Assembly (NCBI GenBank): GCA_913009335.1
Contig: CAJVXN010000006.1
Coordinates: forward strand, 562 to 64,561
Origin: an uncultured bacterium
GTDB taxonomy: Bacteria; Omnitrophota; Gorgyraeia; Ghiorseimicrobiales; Ghiorseimicrobiaceae
Direction of reading: 5' to 3'
Length of the DNA: 64,000 nt
Shown: in pieces, positions 35,560 through 45,446 of the stretch
Position numbering within the stretch: the first letter of the stretch is position 1
How the letters are laid out: each line of letters opens with the position of its first letter
Made by a program: the position numbers and the translations under genes
Notes under the pieces: model-generated
Seen by the model: only the letters and a program-made list of their open reading frames with translations
What the model was told of the DNA's origin: nothing
Databases searched by the model: none

Positions 35560-35670
35560 GCCCGAATTTACATTTGTAAATTCGGGTGCCCCGACTGACA
35601 CAAAAAAATCTTCTTGAGATTTTTTTGGTCGGCCCTACGGGTAAATTTTCTAACAAAGCATGAAAATTTA
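35560..35670. repeat. Cluster of AT-stem hairpins before ruvC
   Basis: CCCGAATTTACA/TGTAAATTCGGG; CCGAC..CAAAAAAATCT/AGATTTTTTTG..GTCGG; TAAATTTTC/GAAAATTTA. Confidence 0.6.
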
Positions 35671-35675
35671 GGCAT

Positions 35676-36152
35676 ATGCGTATTTTAGGCGTTGATCCGG
35701 GTCTTAGGATTTGTGGATATGGTGTAATCGACAGCTGTCATTCAAGTTTGAAGCTTGTAGAGGCAGGCATTGTTACTACAGATTCGAGCCAAAAGATAGA
35801 GCAACGACTAAATAAAATTCAGCGATCATTTAAAGAATTAATTCTCCAAACAAAGCCTAAGGTGCTAGTTTTGGAAAAGCTTTATTCTCACTATCGCCAT
35901 CCTACAACTGCCTGTATTCTTGGTCACGCGCGAGGGGTAATTTGTTCATTGTGCGGTGAATATAATATTGAATTAATTGAATATTCCGCGACCCGGATTA
36001 AAAAAGCGATTGTAGGCAGAGGACACGCCGGTAAGCTACAGATCAAAGGGATGATCCGCCGTATGTTCAATATTGATACGGCTTCATTTGCGACTGACGT
36101 TACCGATGCACTTGCGTTAGCTGTCGCGCATACAAGAATCGGTAAAACTTAA
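35676..36152 (+). CDS. ruvC: Holliday junction resolvase
   Basis: ILGVDPG, GHARG, IKKAIVGRGHA, DALALA. Confidence 0.95.
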   Translation: MRILGVDPGLRICGYGVIDSCHSSLKLVEAGIVTTDSSQKIEQRLNKIQRSFKELILQTKPKVLVLEKLYSHYRHPTTACILGHARGVICSLCGEYNIELIEYSATRIKKAIVGRGHAGKLQIKGMIRRMFNIDTASFATDVTDALALAVAHTRIGKT

Positions 36153-36160
36153 GGTTAGAT

Positions 36161-36784
36161 ATGATTGTTGAGATTGAAGGCAAGCTAATCCGTAGGAGTA
36201 GTGATTATTTAGTCATTGATATTGGTGGTATTTGTTACCAGATATTAGTTGCTCCCATGTTACTTGAAAGACTTGCCAATATTGTTGATGATGCCGGAAA
36301 AATAAAGCTGACCACTTATCACTACATGCAACAGGATCATTCTAAGACCGTTCCGGTTCTAATAGGTTTTTTAAGCGAAATAGAGAAAGATTTTTTCGAA
36401 AAATTCATTACTGTTTCCGGTATAGGCCCGAAAGCAGCCTTACGCGCGATAAATAAACCCTTTTCAACAATCGCGCGCGCAATAGATGAAGCAAACATGA
36501 GTTTTCTATGTAAATTGCCGGGGATAGGACAACAGAGAGCAAAACAGATAGTGGCAAAGCTGCAGGGTAAGGTGGGTAAATACGGTCTTATTAGAGATGC
36601 TGATACAAGCCTAGCTAAGGAAAAGAGCGATGAAACGTTTAAAGATGAAGCATTAGAAATACTGCTTCAGTTACAATACCGCCAGAGTGAGGCAAAAGCT
36701 ATGATTAATAAAGCTATGGTGAGGTCAAACAGTATCAATACAGCCGAAGACCTGCTTAACGAAGTTTATAAACAGCGGAAATAA
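36161..36784 (+). CDS. ruvA: Holliday junction branch migration protein
   Basis: GGICY, VSGIGPKAA, LPGIGQQRA HhH motifs. Confidence 0.9.
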   Translation: MIVEIEGKLIRRSSDYLVIDIGGICYQILVAPMLLERLANIVDDAGKIKLTTYHYMQQDHSKTVPVLIGFLSEIEKDFFEKFITVSGIGPKAALRAINKPFSTIARAIDEANMSFLCKLPGIGQQRAKQIVAKLQGKVGKYGLIRDADTSLAKEKSDETFKDEALEILLQLQYRQSEAKAMINKAMVRSNSINTAEDLLNEVYKQRK

Positions 36785-36786
36785 AT

Positions 36787-37428
36787 ATGAAAAACGAAAA
36801 ATATGTAATAGAGTCTTTTTTGTTTGTTTCCGGAGGACCATTGCTAATTGATCAGGTAAAAGGCGTATTGGATCATTTAGATCCACATGCCATACGGAAC
36901 TTATTTAATGAATTAAAAACTGAGTACGAAGATAATGGTCGCGGCATAAAGATAGTTGAAATAGCCGGTGGGTTTCAAATGGTGACTAATCCTGATTTTT
37001 CAGATTATCTTAAAAAATACTATAAACGCAAACATGTTGAAAGACTCAGTCGTCCTGCTTTAGAGACGCTGGCTATAATTGCCTATAAGCAGCCGATAAC
37101 ACGCTTGGATATTGAATCAATCCGGGGCGTAAATACTGATGGGGTAACCAGAAATCTATCCGATAAAGGTTTAATTCGTATAGTTGGTAGAAAGGATATT
37201 AGCGGCAGACCGTTTGTTTACGGGACAACAAAACAATTCCTGGAGTATTTCGGCCTAAGTTCTTTGGGTGAATTACCCAAGATGGAAGAATTTAGTAATT
37301 TGCTCACCCGTAACGATAAAAAGAAAAACTCTTCAAATAATGAAAAAACCAATGATTCCAGCGAGGTAAAAGATACAGATACTTCATCGCCCCAAAACAA
37401 GGCGACTAGCGATGCATTAGGAGGATAG
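36787..37428 (+). CDS. scpB: SMC-Scp complex subunit
   Basis: LSRPALETLAIIAYKQPITR, IRGV, YGTTKQFLEYFGL. Confidence 0.95.
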   Translation: MKNEKYVIESFLFVSGGPLLIDQVKGVLDHLDPHAIRNLFNELKTEYEDNGRGIKIVEIAGGFQMVTNPDFSDYLKKYYKRKHVERLSRPALETLAIIAYKQPITRLDIESIRGVNTDGVTRNLSDKGLIRIVGRKDISGRPFVYGTTKQFLEYFGLSSLGELPKMEEFSNLLTRNDKKKNSSNNEKTNDSSEVKDTDTSSPQNKATSDALGG

Positions 37429-37429
37429 C

Positions 37430-38491
37430 ATGAATTTAGAAGAATTCCGTAAGAAAATAGACTGTTTAGATACAAGAATAATAAAATTTCTTAACCAGCG
37501 CGCGAAAATGAGTTTAAAAATCGGTAAAGTAAAATCTAAGTCTAAATATCCGGTATACTCTCCGGACCGTGAAAGCAAAGTTTTGTCACGACTTACTAAG
37601 ATCAATAAGGGGCCGGTAACTACAGATGCGCTAATTGCTATTTATCGTGAAATTATGTCATCCAGCCTTTCACTTGAGAAAAACCTGAAAATTTCTTATC
37701 TTGGGCCCAAGGCAACATTCACTCATTTAGCAGCGTTAAAAAAATTCGGCGCATCCGTTGATTATTTGCCTGCCCATTCAATTAGCGATGTATTTATTAA
37801 TGTTGAACAAGATATAGCTGATTATGGCGTAATACCCGTTGAGAATTCTATCGAAGGAGCGATAACGCACACCTTAGATATGCTGGCAGATTCATCCTTA
37901 AATATATGCGCTCAACTTAAATTGTCTGTATCGCACAATCTGCTTTCACGTTATAAAAAAGAACAGATTACAAAGATTTATTCAAATCCACAGGTATTCG
38001 GCCAATGTCGTCTGTGGCTTAAGATGAATATGCCTCATGTTGAACTGATTGAAGTTTCCAGTACGAGCCGTGCCGCTGAAATTTGCAAGAAAGAAAAAAA
38101 ATCCGGCTGTATTGCTTCACAGCTTGCCGCAAAACTATACAAGTTAAAGATAATCGCGAAGGCGATAGAAGATACAAGACACAATGTTACGCGTTTCTTG
38201 GTCCTAGGAAAAAACGATGTCGGCCCAACAGGTAAAGATAAAACATCTATTGTTTTTTCCGTAAAAGATAAGGTGGGCGCGCTTCATGCGATGCTTTTAC
38301 CTTTTAAAAAGCACGGAATAAACCTTACTAAGATCGAATCACGGCCTTCAAAAAGAAAAGCCTGGGATTATTTTTTCTTTGTCGATCTTGAGGGACACAT
38401 CCAGGATGAAAAAATTAAAAAAGCAACTCTGGAATTAAATAAACAGGCAAGGTTTTTTAGAATTCTTGGTTCGTATCCGGCAATCGATTAA
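37430..38491 (+). CDS. pheA: Chorismate mutase/prephenate dehydratase
   Basis: N-terminal CM domain, PVENSIEG, NVTRF, LTKIESRP. Confidence 0.96.
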   Translation: MNLEEFRKKIDCLDTRIIKFLNQRAKMSLKIGKVKSKSKYPVYSPDRESKVLSRLTKINKGPVTTDALIAIYREIMSSSLSLEKNLKISYLGPKATFTHLAALKKFGASVDYLPAHSISDVFINVEQDIADYGVIPVENSIEGAITHTLDMLADSSLNICAQLKLSVSHNLLSRYKKEQITKIYSNPQVFGQCRLWLKMNMPHVELIEVSSTSRAAEICKKEKKSGCIASQLAAKLYKLKIIAKAIEDTRHNVTRFLVLGKNDVGPTGKDKTSIVFSVKDKVGALHAMLLPFKKHGINLTKIESRPSKRKAWDYFFFVDLEGHIQDEKIKKATLELNKQARFFRILGSYPAID

Positions 38492-38523
38492 ATATCGCTG
38501 TAATTTAATCAAAGGAGGGATAA

Positions 38524-39069
38524 TTGCTAACACGCCATAATTTACGATCCGCTTTCACCCTGCTGGAATTAATGATTGTTGTTATAATTATCGGGCTTAT
38601 CGCAGGTATGGCGATGCCTCAATTCCATAAAATGATCGAAGAGGCTAAAATACGAGAAGCAAAAAGCATCTTAAGAGCAATTCGGGGTGCTGAGAAGATA
38701 TTTAAAGCTGAGACTACTATTAACGGGACTTATGTGGGGGTGGATATCGATCCATCCGGTTATCCACAGGGAAATTGCGATGGCGCCGCTTGTGTCGATA
38801 AAAGGGCTAATTGGGCATTGTTGAATATCGATGTTTCCGATAGCGCGGATTGGCGGTACGGAGCAGCCATTGAGCCCCCGAACGGATGCAATGCCCCGCC
38901 GGGAGACTGGGGTACCAATAATAACAACCTGATGGTTGTGCCCTGGGCCCAGCGTCAGCGCGGAGTCAACATTGGAGAGGTACTTCATATACAAATGGCT
39001 AGCGGAGATTTTATACCCGCTACAGGATTAGATACCAGTATTACTGTCGACTGTACTCAGCAGAGATAA
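38524..39069 (+). CDS. Type IV pilin-like protein
   Basis: RSA|FTLLELMIVVIIIGLIAGMAMPQF prepilin motif; AGGAGG Shine-Dalgarno before the TTG start. Confidence 0.88.
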   Translation: MLTRHNLRSAFTLLELMIVVIIIGLIAGMAMPQFHKMIEEAKIREAKSILRAIRGAEKIFKAETTINGTYVGVDIDPSGYPQGNCDGAACVDKRANWALLNIDVSDSADWRYGAAIEPPNGCNAPPGDWGTNNNNLMVVPWAQRQRGVNIGEVLHIQMASGDFIPATGLDTSITVDCTQQR

Positions 39070-39119
39070 TTTATACATTCGCGGCCAAAAAAACAGACGT
39101 TCAGTATTTCGCTTCAATA

Positions 39120-39180
39120 AACCGCGGGCTTTCTTTCAACAGGCTCAGGATGGTGAGCAAAGTCGAACTACAGTCCGCAG
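39120..39180. repeat. REP-like nested hairpin between the pilin gene and hisC
   Basis: GCGGGCT...AGTCCGC outer stem around TTCAACAGGCTCA...TGAGCAAAGTCGAA. Confidence 0.5.
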
Positions 39181-39201
39181 AACTTCATTTTATAGTGATT
39201 T

Positions 39202-40278
39202 ATGATTACGAATAATATAGTAAAACTTACTCCTTATAAAACCGGAAAACCCATAGAAGAGGTACAAAGAGAGCTGGGTCTTGCACGTATAATAAAACTT
39301 GCTTCTAATGAAAGTCCGTTTACCTCGAAAAAGGCAAAAGATGCTATACTTAATAGTCTTAATCAGATTAATCGTTATCCTGACGGAAACTGTTTTTATC
39401 TAAAACAAAAACTGGCGGAGAATTTAAAAGTAAAGCCGAATAATCTGCTTATTGGCAACGGCTCTGATGAAGTTATCGATATAATCATAAAAACTTTTGT
39501 CTGTGCCAGTGAAGAAATAATTACCGCCAAAACAACATTTCTAGAATATGAAATCGTCGGAAAGATAAACAACCGAAAAGTCAAAACCATACCACTTAAA
39601 AATTTTAAATACGACCTTCCAGGGATAAAAAGAGCAATAACTAAAAAAACAAAGGTTATTTTTATCGCGAATCCAAATAACCCCACAGGTACCTATCTTA
39701 ATAAGAAAGAATTAAAAAGTTTTCTTAAGAATCTGCCTTCACGGATAATTGTTGTACTTGATGAGGCCTACAATGAATTTGTTAATCTAGCGGATTCTAC
39801 TTACGCTGGTAAGTATCTGCGTAATAAAAATGTAATAATTCTACGAACATTTTCCAAGATTTACGGCCTGGCAGGACTACGAATTGGTTACGCGGTAGCA
39901 TCCGCTAGATTTGTTAGCTTTATGGATAAAGTTCGTCCGCCGTTTAACGTAAATAGTCTAGCTCAAGCTGCGGCATTAGCAGTAATAGGTCAAAAACAAT
40001 TTATTAGCAAAGTTCGTAAGCTAACACTCAAAGAGAAAAAATATCTGTATCTATCATTAGACCGCATGAAAATTTCTTATGTGCCGTCTGAAACAAATTT
40101 CATCCTCATAGATACAAAAAAAGATTCGGTTAAAGTTTTTAATGACTTCTTGCGCCTTGGAATAATCGTGCGTGATATGACGCAATACGGATTGAAAAAT
40201 TTTATCCGTGTCACAATAGGAACATCCAGTGAAAACAAGGCGTTTATTAAAGCATTAAAATCGGTCCTGGGAGCATGA
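39202..40278 (+). CDS. hisC: Histidinol-phosphate aminotransferase
   Basis: KLASNE, NRYPD, GNGSDE, NPNNPTG, DEAY, RTFSKIYGLAGLRIGY. Confidence 0.93.
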   Translation: MITNNIVKLTPYKTGKPIEEVQRELGLARIIKLASNESPFTSKKAKDAILNSLNQINRYPDGNCFYLKQKLAENLKVKPNNLLIGNGSDEVIDIIIKTFVCASEEIITAKTTFLEYEIVGKINNRKVKTIPLKNFKYDLPGIKRAITKKTKVIFIANPNNPTGTYLNKKELKSFLKNLPSRIIVVLDEAYNEFVNLADSTYAGKYLRNKNVIILRTFSKIYGLAGLRIGYAVASARFVSFMDKVRPPFNVNSLAQAAALAVIGQKQFISKVRKLTLKEKKYLYLSLDRMKISYVPSETNFILIDTKKDSVKVFNDFLRLGIIVRDMTQYGLKNFIRVTIGTSSENKAFIKALKSVLGA

Positions 40279-40308
40279 ACATGAATATAAATGTAGTCTA
40301 ACGAAGTA

Positions 40309-40423
40309 CTCCAATAGTAAAGCGCTGGAAAATTTATTCTAAATTTTCTTGCAACTATCGGAGTCAATTCGACCAAATAACTTATTTCAGCCTTCGGCTT
40401 CCATAAGTTATGGTCTCATTGAA
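40309..40423 (+). repeat. Composite hairpin element (no nested insert), ending at the aroF ATG
   Basis: Homologous to 14407-14650 with compensatory stem changes. Confidence 0.8.
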
Positions 40424-41440
40424 ATGATTATTGTTTTAAAATCTACTGCGACAAAAGCACAAATTGACCACATTAAAGAGCGAGTAACAAAATTAGGCCT
40501 AACGCCTCTTGTCTCAAAAGGAACCGAACGTACGATTATCGGCGTAATCGGCCCTGAGGATGTATTGCGCATTACCCCTCTGGAAGTTTTCCCTGGTGTT
40601 GAAAAAGTAATGTCTGTTTTACCGCCGTATAAATTAGCTTCTCGTGAATTTAAAAAAGAAGGTTCTGTTATAAAGATCTCGGATAAGCTTTCAATTGGCG
40701 CAAAACAAATTGTTGTTATGGCGGGCCCGTGCTCAATAGAAAATTTTGATACGGTTTATGAAATAGCAAAATCCGTGCATGGCTCAGGTGCAGCAGTTTT
40801 ACGCGGCGGAGCCTTTAAGCCTCGAACATCCCCGTATAGTTTTCAGGGTTTGGGGGAAGAAGGGTTAAAGCATTTAAGCCGCGCTGCGGGCGATTTTGGG
40901 CTGGCAACAGTAACAGAAGTTATGGATACGCGCGATGTTGCGTTAGTTGCCAAATATGCCGATATTTTACAAATCGGTGCCCGTAATATGCAGAATTTTA
41001 ATTTACTAAAAGAAGTAGGCTTAACAAAAAAACCGGTGATGCTAAAACGCGGCTTATCTTCCACGATAAAAGATTTACTAATGAGCGCGGAATATATTTT
41101 ATCTCAGGGGAATCTTAATGTAATCTTATGCGAGAGAGGCATAAGAACGTTTGAAGACTATTCACGTAATACACTGGATATTACAGCAGTTCCGGCGGTT
41201 AAAGAATTATCTCATCTACCCATAGTCATTGATCCTTCGCATGCAGCCGGAAAATGGGGCTTGGTTTCTTCTTTATCTAAGGCGGGTATTGCTGCCGGAT
41301 GTGACGGGCTTATAATTGAGGTACATTCTCACCCGGAAGACGCATTTTCTGATGGCGCGCAATCGCTTCTTCCTGAAAAATTTTCAAAATTAATGAAAGA
41401 ACTAAAGCCTCTGGCGAAGGTATTAGGAAAAGAAATATAA
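40424..41440 (+). CDS. aroF: DAHP synthase (type Ibeta with N-terminal regulatory domain)
   Basis: MIIVLK start, AGPCSIE, GGAFKPRTSPYSFQG, IGARNMQNF, DPSH. Confidence 0.95.
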   Translation: MIIVLKSTATKAQIDHIKERVTKLGLTPLVSKGTERTIIGVIGPEDVLRITPLEVFPGVEKVMSVLPPYKLASREFKKEGSVIKISDKLSIGAKQIVVMAGPCSIENFDTVYEIAKSVHGSGAAVLRGGAFKPRTSPYSFQGLGEEGLKHLSRAAGDFGLATVTEVMDTRDVALVAKYADILQIGARNMQNFNLLKEVGLTKKPVMLKRGLSSTIKDLLMSAEYILSQGNLNVILCERGIRTFEDYSRNTLDITAVPAVKELSHLPIVIDPSHAAGKWGLVSSLSKAGIAAGCDGLIIEVHSHPEDAFSDGAQSLLPEKFSKLMKELKPLAKVLGKEI

Positions 41441-41450
41441 CTAAGTAATC

Positions 41451-42296
41451 ATGAGCAAGATTTTTAATAAGGTAGCAATTATAGGTTTGGGTTTAATCGG
41501 AGGATCTTTAGGTATTAGTATAAGGAAAAATCATATTGCCTCTAAAGTTATCGGTTTCTCACGAAAGAGCTCCACGCTAAAACACGCAAAAAAAATCGGC
41601 GCGATTGATGAAGGGAGTAAGAATTTTAAATTACTCAAAGATTGTGATCTGGTAATTCTTTCTGCTCCCGTTAAAACAATAATTGATCAAATCAAAATAA
41701 TTTCTCCCCTTCTTTCCAAGGATTGTTTAATAATTGATGTGGGCAGTACAAAATTTGAGATTATTCAGACGGCAGAAAAATTCTTGGATAGAAAAGTTGA
41801 TTTTATCGGTATGCACCCTTTAGCAGGGTCTGAAAAAAGAGGGATTAAGAATGCCGGAAGAATGCTTTTTACTGGTTCTCTATGCATATTAACACCGACA
41901 AAAAGAAATAAACCAAAAAATGTCTTAAAAGTGAAGCAACTATGGAAAAAATTAGGCGCGCGGACTGTCGCGCTTACTCCGTTAGAGCACGATAAGGTTA
42001 TTGCTTTTACCAGTCATCTGCCGCATTTAACTGCGTTTAGCCTGATAAGCTCACCCCCTAATAATTACCTAAAATACGCCTCAGGAGGCCTAAAGGATAT
42101 TACGCGTGTTGCCGGGTCTGATGCTATGCTTTGGGCAGACATTTTTTTTACTAACAAGGAACAGATATTAAATTCGATTTCCTCGCTAGAGAATCAATTA
42201 TCTGAATTTAAAGATATAATCCGGCATGATAGGCAAGATAAACTTATTAAAAAACTAGAGGCGGCAAAGTTAAAGCGAAATAAACTTTCGTACTGA
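41451..42296 (+). CDS. tyrA: Prephenate/arogenate dehydrogenase
   Basis: GLGLIGGS, DVGSTK, HPLAGSE, SHLPH. Confidence 0.93.
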   Translation: MSKIFNKVAIIGLGLIGGSLGISIRKNHIASKVIGFSRKSSTLKHAKKIGAIDEGSKNFKLLKDCDLVILSAPVKTIIDQIKIISPLLSKDCLIIDVGSTKFEIIQTAEKFLDRKVDFIGMHPLAGSEKRGIKNAGRMLFTGSLCILTPTKRNKPKNVLKVKQLWKKLGARTVALTPLEHDKVIAFTSHLPHLTAFSLISSPPNNYLKYASGGLKDITRVAGSDAMLWADIFFTNKEQILNSISSLENQLSEFKDIIRHDRQDKLIKKLEAAKLKRNKLSY

Positions 42297-42302
42297 TAAT
42301 AG

Positions 42303-42968
42303 ATGGATAAAAGCGTCATCGTGGCTATTGATGGTCCGGCTGGTTCAGGAAAGAGTACTATTACCAAAATCGTAGCCGAAAAATTAAAGTTATTATATAT
42401 TGATACTGGCGCTATGTATCGGGCTATTACCCTTGCGGTGATACAGCATAACCTTAAAACAAGCGATACTGTTTCCGTAATTAAACTTGCCAAAAACTCC
42501 ACTATTGGGCTCAAACGCATTAAAGGTGGATCCCTTCAGGTAATTCTGAATAATAAAGACGTAACTGAAGATATACGCACGCAGGATGTTAATGCTCGCG
42601 TATCTGACATTGCCAAGATTGGAGAAATCAGGAAAATCATGGTCTCGCAACAGCGCCAACTAGGGAAGAACGGCGGTGTTGTGCTTGAAGGAAGAGATAT
42701 CGGAACAGTTGTTTTTCCGGATGCGAAGTTTAAGTTTTTTTTAGATGCAACAGTTTCAGAGCGCGCAAAAAGACGTTTTCTGGAGGTTAAGGATAAATAT
42801 AATGTAACTTATGAGGAAATTGAGCAAAGCGTAAAAAATCGGGATAAAATTGATTCCGAAAGAGATATAGGTCCGCTTAAAAAAGCAGATGATGCAATAT
42901 CCATCGATACAACAAATATGAAGATTGAAGAAGTAGTAAACACTATCTTAAATTACATCTCTAAATAA
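42303..42968 (+). CDS. cmk: Cytidylate kinase
   Basis: AIDGPAGSGKST, DTGAMYR, EGRDIGTVVFPDA. Confidence 0.97.
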   Translation: MDKSVIVAIDGPAGSGKSTITKIVAEKLKLLYIDTGAMYRAITLAVIQHNLKTSDTVSVIKLAKNSTIGLKRIKGGSLQVILNNKDVTEDIRTQDVNARVSDIAKIGEIRKIMVSQQRQLGKNGGVVLEGRDIGTVVFPDAKFKFFLDATVSERAKRRFLEVKDKYNVTYEEIEQSVKNRDKIDSERDIGPLKKADDAISIDTTNMKIEEVVNTILNYISK

Positions 42969-42972
42969 ACTT

Positions 42973-44769
42973 ATGGATAAATCATTAATACGTAATTTTT
43001 CGATTATTGCGCATATTGATCATGGGAAATCTACGCTTGCTGACAGAATTTTGGATAAAACGGCTACGCTTGATAAGCGTCAGATACGTGAGCAAATATT
43101 AGATGATATGGAATTAGAACGTGAGCGAGGTATTACCATTAAAGCTTCTGCTGTGCGCATCAAATATAAAGCTCATGACTCGCGAACATACATATTTAAT
43201 TTAATTGATACTCCCGGGCATGTTGATTTTACTTACGAGGTATCAAAATCCATTGCTGCCTGTGAAGGAGCACTGCTGATAGTTGACGCATCTCAAGGCA
43301 TAGAAGCTCAAACAGTGGCAAATTTTTATCTTGCGCGCGAACATAATTTAACCGTCATACCCATAATAAACAAGATAGACTTACCCAGTATAGATCTTGT
43401 GGAAGTTAAAAAACAATTGGTAGACATATTAAGGTTTGAAGAAGATGAAATTATTTTAGCTTCCGCAAAGACTGGCACGGGAATTGATGAGATACTCGAG
43501 CGAATAGTTAAGGTTATTTCTCCTCCCCACGGAGATCCGGATGCAAATTTACAGGCATTGATATTTGATTCGGTATTTGATGTTTACCGAGGAGTCATTG
43601 TTTATGTCAAGGTTGTTAACGGGAAAATACGTAAGGGGGACAAAATTACAATAATGCAGGCAAAGTTAGATTATAAAATCGAAGAATTAGGAGTGATAGA
43701 AGATTTAAAGCCTTCTCCAGTCGATGAGCTTATTGCGGGAGAAGTAGGTTATTTTATCGCGAATATAAAAAGTGCAAACAATATAACAGTGGGAGACACA
43801 ATTACAACTGTTGAGAACCCTGCTAAATTAACCTTATCCGGATACAAGGAAATAAAACCTTTGGTTTTCTGCGGCATATACCCTGTTAACTCCGCTGATT
43901 TTTCTAACTTGCGTGTGGCAATGGAGAAACTAAAACTTTCTGATGCTTCATTTGTTTACGAACCGGAAGGATCAATATCTTTTGGGCATGGTTTTAGATG
44001 CGGATTTTTAGGACTCCTGCATATGGAAATAGTCCAGGAAAGACTTGAACGTGAACACAAGCTAAACCTCATTATTACAACCCCTAATGTTGCCTATAGC
44101 GTAAAAAAGAAAAACGGTAAAATTATCAAGGTAGATAATCCGGCAAAACTTCCAGAGCCTCCGGAAATTGAAGAAGTTGAGGAGCCGTATGTTAAAACAT
44201 TCATGCTTATCCCTACGGAATCCTTAAATTCGGTCTGCGAGATGGCAAAAGATAGACGGGGAATTTATGATACCAGTGAATATTTAAGCGATAGCAAGGT
44301 AAGGGTAACATTTGATATGCCTCTTTCGGAGATAATCGTTGATTTCTATGATAAAATAAAATCCGCGACGCGCGGATACGGATCTTTGGATTATGAGTTT
44401 GAAGGATATTTCCCGGCTAAAATTGTAAAATTAGATATTTTAATTAACAAGAAAATTTGTGATGCCTTCTCGTTATTGGTCCATAAAGATAAGGCTCAAC
44501 TTAAGGCAAGAGCCTTAGTTGCAAAACTTAGAGAACTTATCCCTCGGCAATTATTTGAAGTAAGCATTCAGGCATCAATCGGAAGTCAGATCATTGCTTC
44601 AGAAAAAATCCGTTCTGTGGGGAAGTCCGTTACTTCGAAATGTTACGGAGGGGACATTACAAGAAAAAATAAATTGCGTGAAAAACAACGCGCAGGTAAA
44701 AAACGCATGAAACAATTCGGAAGTGTTGAGATTCCTCAGGAGGCTTTCCTGGCGGTGTTAAAAATCTAG
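42973..44769 (+). CDS. lepA: Elongation factor 4
   Basis: RNFSIIAHIDHGKSTLADR, GFRCGFLGLLH, KCYGGDITRK. Confidence 0.98.
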   Translation: MDKSLIRNFSIIAHIDHGKSTLADRILDKTATLDKRQIREQILDDMELERERGITIKASAVRIKYKAHDSRTYIFNLIDTPGHVDFTYEVSKSIAACEGALLIVDASQGIEAQTVANFYLAREHNLTVIPIINKIDLPSIDLVEVKKQLVDILRFEEDEIILASAKTGTGIDEILERIVKVISPPHGDPDANLQALIFDSVFDVYRGVIVYVKVVNGKIRKGDKITIMQAKLDYKIEELGVIEDLKPSPVDELIAGEVGYFIANIKSANNITVGDTITTVENPAKLTLSGYKEIKPLVFCGIYPVNSADFSNLRVAMEKLKLSDASFVYEPEGSISFGHGFRCGFLGLLHMEIVQERLEREHKLNLIITTPNVAYSVKKKNGKIIKVDNPAKLPEPPEIEEVEEPYVKTFMLIPTESLNSVCEMAKDRRGIYDTSEYLSDSKVRVTFDMPLSEIIVDFYDKIKSATRGYGSLDYEFEGYFPAKIVKLDILINKKICDAFSLLVHKDKAQLKARALVAKLRELIPRQLFEVSIQASIGSQIIASEKIRSVGKSVTSKCYGGDITRKNKLREKQRAGKKRMKQFGSVEIPQEAFLAVLKI

Positions 44770-44778
44770 AAAAGGGGT

Positions 44779-45372
44779 ATGATGATTCAAAAAATCAAAC
44801 AATTTATCAAGAGTCCGGGATTTCGGGAATGGCTAGATGCGGCAAAAGTCGCCCTAATTTTATTTTTGATTATTCGCACATTTGTGGTACAGGCGTTTAA
44901 AATCCCTACCGGTTCAATGATTCCTACTTTAAAAGTAGGAGACATGCTCTTAGTTAGCAAGTTTTGGTATGGGGCAAAAATTCCTTTTACGGATATGCGC
45001 CTTCCCGGATTATCCAAACCTAAGCGAGGGGATGTAATGGTATTTTTATATCCGGTAGATAAAAAGCGTGACTTCATAAAACGCATTGTCGGTTTAGGCG
45101 GAGAGACTATCGAGATAAAAGACGGTAAAATCTATGCTGATGATAAAGTAATTGATGATATCAAAATAAGTCAAAGATTTTATTATAATAGAGGTCAATA
45201 CGCAAGTAACGGGCGTAAAATTCAGGTTCCGGAGAATAGTTATTTTGTTTTGGGTGATAATAGCGCTTCAAGCCATGATAGCCGATATTGGGGTTTCGTA
45301 TCCAAGGATTACTTGATTGGTAAGGCATTTGTAATTTACTGGCCCCCAAATAGAATTCGGTTAATTAAGTAG
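44779..45372 (+). CDS. lepB: Signal peptidase I
   Basis: IPTGSMIPTL, FIKRIVG, GDNSASSHDSRYWG. Confidence 0.96.
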   Translation: MMIQKIKQFIKSPGFREWLDAAKVALILFLIIRTFVVQAFKIPTGSMIPTLKVGDMLLVSKFWYGAKIPFTDMRLPGLSKPKRGDVMVFLYPVDKKRDFIKRIVGLGGETIEIKDGKIYADDKVIDDIKISQRFYYNRGQYASNGRKIQVPENSYFVLGDNSASSHDSRYWGFVSKDYLIGKAFVIYWPPNRIRLIK

Positions 45373-45401
45373 TTGACAGGAAAATAATAATATAATACTA
45401 T
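45373..45401 (+). promoter_or_regulatory. Sigma70 promoter
   Basis: TTGACA-17 bp-TACTAT upstream of an AGGAGG-led gene. Confidence 0.55.
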
Positions 45402-45446
45402 TAACTGATAAGTTAGATTAGCGAATAAAATAAAAAGGAGGTAATT

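Noticed and set aside
38524-39069. Pilin as DGR target or integron cassette
   Set aside because: No template/variable repeat pair, reverse transcriptase, integron integrase or clear attC site visible
40349-40423. N-terminal extension of AroF from the TTG start
   Set aside because: Extension is translated repeat sequence; the canonical MIIVLK start is at 40424
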